Origin: an uncultured Gammaproteobacteria bacterium
Lineage (GTDB): Bacteria; Pseudomonadota; Gammaproteobacteria; GCA-001735895
NCBI GenBank assembly: GCA_947260025.1
Contig: CAMYON010000013.1
Coordinates: forward strand, 20,806-84,805
Direction: 5' to 3'
DNA length: 64,000 nt
The notes under the pieces are model-generated. The model saw only the letters and a list, made by a program, of their open reading frames with translations, made no database searches and was not told where the DNA came from. Shown piece by piece: positions 9,586-16,999 of the stretch (the stretch's first letter is position 1; every line of letters begins with the position of its first letter). The translations under genes were made by a program, and so were the position numbers.

Positions 9586-9617
9586 CACGAAGACAGAGAC
9601 ATCCGGAGAGAGACAAT

Positions 9618-10496
9618 ATGAGCAATGTGGCATATATCAATGAAGTTACGTCCGAACGCCAGGGCTACGCCGACCGGTCCCAACTAAAAACCTACTACGA
9701 CAACAAGAACAAGATTGGCTGGTTTTTGATGAAGGGTGCCCCGCGCCCATCCTTTACCGTACGGTTGCTTACCGAAATCAGCGATTATTTCAAAGTTGTA
9801 AAGCAGGAGATGGCCGAGACCAATGGCGAGAAGTATGATTTTCTGGTCCTTGGTTCGGATATCGAGGGGGTTTTCAACCTGGGCGGCGACCTTGAGCTCT
9901 TCAGCCAGTATATTCGTAATAGGGACAGAGAGGGGCTGCTCAGGTACGCCGCTCATAGTATCGATCTGGTGCATCAGAACATGACTCATTTAGGCGAGGA
10001 CCTGACTACTATCTCGCTAATACAGGGAGATGCATTAGGAGGTGGTTTCGAATCCGCGATCTCTGCCAATGTTGTCGTCGCCGAGAGAGGTAGTAAGGCC
10101 GGTCTACCGGAGGTGTTGTTCAATCTTTTTCCGGGCATGGGCGCATTTTCTCTTCTGTCCCGTAAAATCGGATTTGCCGAAGCCGAAAAAATGATAATGA
10201 GCGGTGGCCTGTACTCTGCAGAACAGTTGTTTGATATGGGAGTGGTCGACATTCTCGCGGAAAAAGGAGAGGGCGAGGTTGCTGTTTATCGCTATATCAA
10301 GTCTAACCAAAGGTCAATGAATTCCTACCGTTCGATGCAGCAGGTCAAGGATATCTGCAACCAGGTGAGCTATCAGGAATTAATGGATATTGGAGAAGTC
10401 TGGGCTGATGCGGCGCTTAAACTCACCGAGAAGGACCTGCGTATGATGGAGCGACTGGTTCGGCGTCAAAATTCCCGAGCGGAAGATCAGGCCTGA
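9618..10496 (+). CDS. rpfF: DSF synthase RpfF (crotonase-family enoyl-CoA hydratase/thioesterase)
   Basis: 292 aa; long colinear blocks with Xanthomonas RpfF (VFNLGGDLxLF, LxQGxALGGGFExA, GLPEVLFxLFPGMGA, LVRxQ); both catalytic Glu retained. Confidence 0.85.
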   Translation: MSNVAYINEVTSERQGYADRSQLKTYYDNKNKIGWFLMKGAPRPSFTVRLLTEISDYFKVVKQEMAETNGEKYDFLVLGSDIEGVFNLGGDLELFSQYIRNRDREGLLRYAAHSIDLVHQNMTHLGEDLTTISLIQGDALGGGFESAISANVVVAERGSKAGLPEVLFNLFPGMGAFSLLSRKIGFAEAEKMIMSGGLYSAEQLFDMGVVDILAEKGEGEVAVYRYIKSNQRSMNSYRSMQQVKDICNQVSYQELMDIGEVWADAALKLTEKDLRMMERLVRRQNSRAEDQA

Positions 10497-10497
10497 A

Positions 10498-13083
10498 TTA
10501 CCGATCGGTCAATTCTCTCGGATAATTGTCTCGTTGACCCGTGGCTGCATTGTTTAATGCAGCCACGGTCATATTAAATACTTCCTCGATTGCAAGGCAC
10601 ATCTGGTTTATTTTCTCACTACCTATGTCATAGGGCTTTAACGACTCGCCCTCGTTGCAAATCTCTACCAGCTTGTTGGCGCCAAGCTCGGTCGCCGAAC
10701 CTTTCAGCGCATGCAGATTCTCCCGATATTCGAGATAGTCGTCATACATAGCTTTCTTGGTATTCAGAATATGCTGAGAACCTTCCTTCTCGAAATTCAT
10801 AAGCAGGTTGCTCACGAAATCGGGGTCGTCCCCCAGGATGTCTAGCTCATGCAGCACGACATTGTCATACCATTCCGATTCGGCAAAATTACTCGGTAAG
10901 TGGGTTCTTGATTCTCTTGCCTGGGGCGCTTTTCGGGCCTTCGGCTTGTGAATGTTTTTCGATAATGAAGCGATACACTCAAGCAGGCCGCGGGCGTCTA
11001 TCGGCTTGGTCAGGAATCGATTTGCGCCGGCGCTCAATGAGGCTTCCCTGGCTTCGGGTGTGGCATCGGCAGTCAACATAATGACAGGCAAGTTGCTGCT
11101 GGTATCCATGAAACGCAAGGACTTGACGACTTCGACACCTGAAATCTCGGGCATATTCATATCAAGGATGAGCATGTCGATCTTGTCGAGTTCATTGCTG
11201 AGTATATCCAGCGCTTTTTCTCCAGTGCTGGCGATGCGCACATTGTGCCCCGTGTTGCGGAGTATACCCTCGATAACCTTCTGGTTGACCTGATTATCTT
11301 CGGCCACCAGGATATTTAGCGCGGCCGCACCGGACTGCTTTGCGTAATGCTCAGCCATGGTGACGATCTTGTTGTCATTCAGATTAACACTCTGTGCCGC
11401 GTGAAGAGCATTGAAAAGGAGTCGTTTTTCTTCGGGATTGGCGATAGTCGAGATGTAGTAATGACTCGAGCGGTTGGCGTCGATCATCGTATCGGACGAA
11501 TTGATCAGTACCATGGAAGTATTTTCCAGTAAACCCTCGGATTTCACCATTTGCGCGAATTGCAAAGCATTTATATCGACCAGGCAGGACTGGTCCACGA
11601 TGATAGTCTCGTAGGGATTGTTGTCATCGTCCGACTGAATCATCTGCGACAGGGCGCGACTCGAGGTTCGAACCCAATCGAAATTAACCTGCCAGTATTT
11701 GAGTGCGGGTCTGATGATGCTGGCGGTATCCTCACCTGACAGCAGCAAGACGTGGTTTTCGGAAATACTGGTTTCCGGGTTGGTGCTCGCCAGGAACGGT
11801 AGTTCGAACCAGAAAGTGGAACCCTTGCCGGCCTCGCTGACGACGCCTATTTCACCGTCCATCAACTCGACCAGCTCCTTCGATATTGTTGTTCCGAGCC
11901 CGGTACCGCCGAATGTGCGACTCGTGCCGGCATCGGCCTGGGTGAAATCATCGAAGATCTTGCCGAGGTCCTCCTCGGCGATTCCGATGCCGGTATCGAC
12001 GATTTCGAAACGAATTCGCGGGGTCGACGCAGTGCCACCGATCAAGCGTACGGACAGGATTACCGAACCCTTCTCGGTGAACTTGATTGCGTTATTAACC
12101 AGATTGATGAGCACCTGCCGCAGATGTTGTTGATCGCCTTTGAGCGCAAACGGCGTCTCGGGATCAAAGGTGCAGGATACCGTCAATTCCTTCTTTTCAC
12201 CCATCGGTGCGAGTATGTAGATTACCGAGTTGACCAGACCATGCAGGTCGAAATTCCTCGACTCGATCAGGATCTTGCCAGCCTCGATCTTGGCGATATC
12301 GAGCACGTTTTCAATCAGTTCGAGCAGGGTATTGGCGGAGCCGTGCATGGTGTTGACGAGTTCCTGCTGCTCATAGTTCAGCTTGGTTTCGCGGAGCAGG
12401 TCACCCATGCCGATGACGCCGTTGAGCGGAGTTCTCAATTCATGCGACATATTCGCGAGGAAACGACTCTTGGCCTCGTTGGCCTGCTTTGCCATATTTA
12501 CCGCGGCGTGTAACTTTTTTATCAGGAAGCCGGCGTATAGCGGCAACAGGCATAGCATCAGCAGCAGGCTGATGCCAAAGCTTCGGTGCTGTTGCCAGTA
12601 GTCACCCCAGATCACCACTACGGCAAATCCAACAATGGCTATTCCCTGGGAGACATATAGGTTGGTCAATCCGAAGCGGAATCCGTTGCCCAGAATCACC
12701 CACAGATAAATCAGGAACAACGGCACGGTTTCGGCTCCCGTGTTAAACATCAGTACTGATAATGATCCCATGTCCAGTGCCGCACCGCAGATTCGTCGGA
12801 TCTGGGACGGCACCGGATTCAGAGCAATCGCCGTAAAAATTGCCATCGCGCCGGAGTAGTACAGGATTACGATGAGTCCAGCGAGAGAGGCCACGGCCTC
12901 GACAAAGCTTTCATCACTGCCCCAGGGGGTGCAGATATATATCAGAACAATGAAACCAATAGCCAGGCGCAACTTGGCCTGTTCAGGCTCAGAATCTCCG
13001 GTTCCCTTGAGTCTTTTGTTGAGTCGCCCTAGAGGGCCGATTTTTGCTTTGGAGGACGCCATTCTTAGCTGGAGAAGCGACAA
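10498..13083 (-). CDS. rpfC: DSF sensor hybrid histidine kinase RpfC (5-TM sensor, HisKA, HATPase, REC, HPt)
   Basis: 861 aa; N-terminal DSEPEQAKLRLAIG motif shared with Xanthomonas RpfC; H-box NMSHELRTPLNG; receiver (LVAEDNQVN...LILDMNMPEISG); C-terminal HPt (HALKGSA); stop 1 nt from the rpfF stop (convergent). Confidence 0.85.
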   Translation of the reverse strand: MSLLQLRMASSKAKIGPLGRLNKRLKGTGDSEPEQAKLRLAIGFIVLIYICTPWGSDESFVEAVASLAGLIVILYYSGAMAIFTAIALNPVPSQIRRICGAALDMGSLSVLMFNTGAETVPLFLIYLWVILGNGFRFGLTNLYVSQGIAIVGFAVVVIWGDYWQQHRSFGISLLLMLCLLPLYAGFLIKKLHAAVNMAKQANEAKSRFLANMSHELRTPLNGVIGMGDLLRETKLNYEQQELVNTMHGSANTLLELIENVLDIAKIEAGKILIESRNFDLHGLVNSVIYILAPMGEKKELTVSCTFDPETPFALKGDQQHLRQVLINLVNNAIKFTEKGSVILSVRLIGGTASTPRIRFEIVDTGIGIAEEDLGKIFDDFTQADAGTSRTFGGTGLGTTISKELVELMDGEIGVVSEAGKGSTFWFELPFLASTNPETSISENHVLLLSGEDTASIIRPALKYWQVNFDWVRTSSRALSQMIQSDDDNNPYETIIVDQSCLVDINALQFAQMVKSEGLLENTSMVLINSSDTMIDANRSSHYYISTIANPEEKRLLFNALHAAQSVNLNDNKIVTMAEHYAKQSGAAALNILVAEDNQVNQKVIEGILRNTGHNVRIASTGEKALDILSNELDKIDMLILDMNMPEISGVEVVKSLRFMDTSSNLPVIMLTADATPEAREASLSAGANRFLTKPIDARGLLECIASLSKNIHKPKARKAPQARESRTHLPSNFAESEWYDNVVLHELDILGDDPDFVSNLLMNFEKEGSQHILNTKKAMYDDYLEYRENLHALKGSATELGANKLVEICNEGESLKPYDIGSEKINQMCLAIEEVFNMTVAALNNAATGQRDNYPRELTDR

Positions 13084-13086
13084 TTG

Positions 13087-14229
13087 TTAGCCGTCGCTGA
13101 AGGTTTCATGGATATTGACGATATTGTCCAGACGTTCGAAAAAAGCCTCCACGCAAATCGGGTCGAACTGGGTGCCAGCGTGCTTGTGCAGATAATCCTG
13201 GGCGTCCCTGGCTTCCCAGGCGCGTTTATAGGGCCTGATCGATACCAGTGCGTCGTAAACGTCGGCAACCGCGACGATGCGCGCTACCAGTGGAATATCC
13301 TTGCCTGAAAGTCCGTTAGGGTAGCCGGTGCCGTCGAAGCGTTCATGATGGTTGAGCGCGATGATCGAGCCGGTCTGGATGTAACGTGACTGGCTGTTGG
13401 ACAGGATCGAATGCCCGATGATCGTATGTTGCTGCATCGTCAGCCACTCCTGTTGCTCGAACTTGCCGGGCTTGAGCAGGATCTTGTCCTGGATTCCGAT
13501 CTTGCCGATATCGTGCATCGGTGCGGCGTATTCGATTTCATCGCATTCTTTTTCAGACAATCCCAGGGCCTCGGCGATTTCTCGCGAGTACTTGGCCATG
13601 CGTACCACGTGGTTGCCCGTGACTTCATCGCGATATTCGCCAGCCTTGGCCAGTCGCAGCAGGGTTTCATGTTCGCGCGACACGATTTGCTGGGTTGCGA
13701 CCTCGACCTGGCGTGCCAGCCAGTCGGCACGGTCCTGGATAATCGACTGCTGTTCGTGCAGCTTGAGCAGGTTACGGCAGCTGGTGCGGCATTCGATCTG
13801 GTCGATCGGACGCGTCAGGAAGGCGGTGGCGCCAGCCTCGAGTGCGTCGTAGCGTACCGATTTCTCGCTGACCACGGTAATCATCATGATGGGTATATCC
13901 TGGCACGATGGTTTGGCGCGAATCTGCTTAATCATCTCGACGCCGTTGAGATCCGGCATGCGATAATCGGTAATAATAAGGTCCGGATGATTGTGATCCA
14001 GCCACTGCAATGCTTCCAATGGGTTGTCGAAAGAATCGACGCAGACATCTTCTTCGGCTTGCTGAATAATCTTGGCCAGTATCGTTCGGCCGGTGGATTC
14101 GTCGTCGACGATCAGTACTTTTCGTTGGCGTCTGAGAATGCTTAGACGGCGAGCGTTTTCGTACGGTTCGATATTCGAGTCCTTTGGAATATCGGTTTTT
14201 TTATCTGTACTCGAGATCAATTTTTTCAC
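13087..14229 (-). CDS. rpfG: REC plus HD-GYP c-di-GMP phosphodiesterase response regulator RpfG
   Basis: 380 aa; receiver (VLIVDDE...LIITDYRMP); HD-GYP motifs (APMHDIGK, HHERFDGTGYP); 3-nt gap to rpfC. Confidence 0.85.
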   Translation of the reverse strand: MKKLISSTDKKTDIPKDSNIEPYENARRLSILRRQRKVLIVDDESTGRTILAKIIQQAEEDVCVDSFDNPLEALQWLDHNHPDLIITDYRMPDLNGVEMIKQIRAKPSCQDIPIMMITVVSEKSVRYDALEAGATAFLTRPIDQIECRTSCRNLLKLHEQQSIIQDRADWLARQVEVATQQIVSREHETLLRLAKAGEYRDEVTGNHVVRMAKYSREIAEALGLSEKECDEIEYAAPMHDIGKIGIQDKILLKPGKFEQQEWLTMQQHTIIGHSILSNSQSRYIQTGSIIALNHHERFDGTGYPNGLSGKDIPLVARIVAVADVYDALVSIRPYKRAWEARDAQDYLHKHAGTQFDPICVEAFFERLDNIVNIHETFSDG

Positions 14230-14406
14230 CCCACATTGATTCAGACAGGACCGGACATACTAGCAAAATCAATAACTTATGTCGCTTATTTCAACTTATT
14301 GTTGGAACCTGGTCTTAATTGCCAGTTTGTTTATATAGGAAAGTAATTCAATATAATCAAGTTATTATGTTGATGATCTAACAAATCAAATGAATTTATT
14401 TCGGTA

Positions 14407-14877
14407 TTGGTAAATATGTCACATTTACGCGTTTTTATTGCAAATAGCCCTGTCCGCACGGCAATTCAGGTTTTAACCATATGCCTGCTGTTACAGCCCG
14501 TTAGCGCCTTCGCGACACAGTTGGTAGAGGTTAGTGCCGGTGGAACGACGTATCGGGTCGAAGTTGCGCGTACTTCGGCACAGCGCCGCCAGGGCCTGAT
14601 GCATCGGTCAAGCCTGGATCGAGAAGGGGGTATGTTGCTGGTTTACCGGAAGACCGGCGACCATCGAATCTGGATGAAGAATATGCGGATAGCGCTGCGC
14701 GTCTACTGGATCGATGCCGACGCCAGGGTGATTGAAATGCAGCGTCTGGAGCCCTGCCAGGAGTCACCCTGTCCGGTGTATTTTGCCTCGAAGCCGTCGC
14801 GCTACGTGCTCGAACTCAGCGATCACGAGCACCCGCTCGAAGTGGGCGACAGGATCGATGGGCTCAATGAGTTGTGA
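14407..14877 (+). CDS. DUF192-family secreted protein
   Basis: 156 aa; signal peptide; DUF192/COG1430-like pattern; divergent from rpfG across an AT-rich spacer. Confidence 0.6.
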   Translation: MVNMSHLRVFIANSPVRTAIQVLTICLLLQPVSAFATQLVEVSAGGTTYRVEVARTSAQRRQGLMHRSSLDREGGMLLVYRKTGDHRIWMKNMRIALRVYWIDADARVIEMQRLEPCQESPCPVYFASKPSRYVLELSDHEHPLEVGDRIDGLNEL

Positions 14878-15016
14878 CAGCGACGCGGCGTCGGTTCAAC
14901 CACAGCCAGGCGTGCGCGCATATCGCCGCTAAAATCAGTGGTACCACCGCATAGTTAACCAGTTGCCAGCCGAGCAAGTGCAGCAGCGCGCCGGCGCCGA
15001 ACGACGAGCAGGCTGC

Positions 15017-15150
15017 CGCCGTGAACACGACGAAGTCATTTAGCGCCTGCGACTTGGCGCTTTCCTCCGGGCGGTAGGTCTCGCGCCGTGAACACGACGA
15101 AGTCGTTTAGCGCCTGCGACTTGGCGCTTTCCTCCGGGCGGTAGGTCTCG
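15017..15150. repeat. Perfect 2 x 67-bp tandem direct duplication (one mismatch) inside the 3' end of the MFS transporter gene
   Basis: Copy 1 15017-15083, copy 2 15084-15150 (cgccgtgaacacgacgaagtcRtttagcgcctgcgacttggcgctttcctccgggcggtaggtctcg); 67 is not a multiple of 3. Confidence 0.9.
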
Positions 15151-16106
15151 GTTAGCAGGCTGGTGCCGCCGATAAACATGAAATTCCAGCCGACTCCGAG
15201 CAACAGCAGCGCCGCCCAGAAATGCCAGACCGAGCTGCCGCTGAAGTTGAGCAGGATGCACAGAATCATCAAACTGGCGCCGCTCATGATGATGCGCTGC
15301 GCGCCGAAACGATTAATCAAATGGCCGGTAAAAAACGACGGTACGAACATGCCGAGCACGTGCCATTGAATCACGAATGCAACCTCGCTGAACGCGTGAT
15401 CCTGGTGAGTCATTTCCAGCGGCGTCGCGGTCATCAGCAGCACCATAACGCTATAGCCGATGGCAGCGCTCGCCACCGCGACGATGAAGGCGGGCTGGCG
15501 CGCGATCTGTAGCATCGGTCGGGTATTTTGCCTGAAATCGCGCGCCACGGGTTTGGGCAGTTTCATGCACAGGAAGTTGATGCCGTTGAGGCCGTATAAA
15601 ACGATTACCGAAATAAAAGTACCGAGGTAAGTGATCGCGAAAACATCCTTGCTCAGATTAGCCAGGTTGGGGCCGATAATCGCCGCCAGTACCCCGCCGG
15701 CCAGCACGTAGCTGATCGCCGTATTCTTCTTGTCCGGCGGTGCCACCTCGGTCGCGGCAAATCGAAAGTAATTGCCAAAACCGGTGTACATGCCGGTGCC
15801 TATAGTGCCGATACAGAACAGCAGGAATGAATCCTGGTAAATCCCGATGACGCCGCAGACCGCCCCACTCAGGCCGATCAGCGTGGCCAGTAGAAAACCC
15901 GGCTTGCGTCCGATGCGGCCCATCAGCATCGATGCCGGGATCGTGGTCAGCATCACGGCAACGAACTGCAGTGCGAGAGGTAGCGTGGCCAGCGCCTTGT
16001 TGGTGGCGAGGTGGCTGCCGATAATCGCGGCAGAGGTCACCATCAGCGAGTTCACCGACATCATCAGTGCCTGCGCCAGTCCCAGCAGAAAAACGTTGCG
16101 ATTCAC
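15036..16106 (-). pseudogene. MFS transporter, C-terminally truncated by a frameshifting 67-bp tandem duplication (intact gene would end ~14866)
   Basis: 11 TM helices of the MFS type; GTG start overlaps the stop of the upstream AEC gene (GTGA); removing one repeat copy restores the last TM helix (GAGALLHLLGWQLVNYAVVPLILAAI) and a stop at 14866. Confidence 0.7.
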
Positions 16107-16993
16107 AGGATAAACCACAGTGTCGCCGGGATCACCACGACGCTGGCAAGGTTGCCCATTAACACGATCGATGCAACCCGATGCGGCTCCTGCTCGTAGC
16201 GTTCCGCCACCATGAAGTTCAGCACGGCCGGGGGCAACACGCTGAATAGTACTAACAGGGGTATCTGCGTCTCGGGCAATGGCACCAGGTAGACGAACGG
16301 CACCGCGATCGCCAGGCCGCTGAGCGGGCACAGCAGGGATCCGACCAGGCTGATTCTCCAGTTGGTCAGGTCGATCGCGAGCATGCGCACCCCGAGTGAA
16401 AACAGCATCAGCGGAATCGAGATCAGCCCCAGCATGTGAATCGGCTGGCGCAGGGTTTCGGGAATCACGATGCCCGAGAGCGAAACCGCGATTCCCAACA
16501 CGGTGGCCAGGATCATCGGATTGGTGGCCACCGCCCGCGGCGACCAGTGCTGGGTGATCAATTGCTGTCCTACCAGGAAATGCAGAAAGTTCGAAATTGC
16601 CAGCAGCAGGATCGCCGCTGGCAGCATCGATTCACCGAAGGCCAGCACCACCAGCGGCAAGCCCATGTTGCCGCAATTGTTGAACATCATTGGCGGCACC
16701 AGCGTCTTCCATTGGTAACCGAACGCGCGCGCCACCGGCCAGGCGATCACTCCCGATCCGAGGACTACGAAGACGCAGCCGAGCGACAGGTAAAGATAGT
16801 CGGTCAGCGCGTATTCGCTTCCCGACATGTAGTCGAAAATCAGCGCCGGGGTGAATATGTCCATGTTGATGCGGTTGCCGGAGGACATATCGGTGTCGTG
16901 CCGGTGGCGGGCATAGAAATAGCCGATGGCGACGATGCTGAAAACCGGGAAGATAATCGCAATGATGCGATAAACGAGATCCGCCTGTGACAT
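16103..16993 (-). CDS. AEC-family (auxin efflux carrier/MdcF-like) membrane transporter
   Basis: 296 aa polytopic membrane protein with AEC family similarity; 6 nt downstream of dctM. Confidence 0.7.
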   Translation of the reverse strand: MSQADLVYRIIAIIFPVFSIVAIGYFYARHRHDTDMSSGNRINMDIFTPALIFDYMSGSEYALTDYLYLSLGCVFVVLGSGVIAWPVARAFGYQWKTLVPPMMFNNCGNMGLPLVVLAFGESMLPAAILLLAISNFLHFLVGQQLITQHWSPRAVATNPMILATVLGIAVSLSGIVIPETLRQPIHMLGLISIPLMLFSLGVRMLAIDLTNWRISLVGSLLCPLSGLAIAVPFVYLVPLPETQIPLLVLFSVLPPAVLNFMVAERYEQEPHRVASIVLMGNLASVVVIPATLWFIL

Positions 16994-16999
16994 CAGGTG

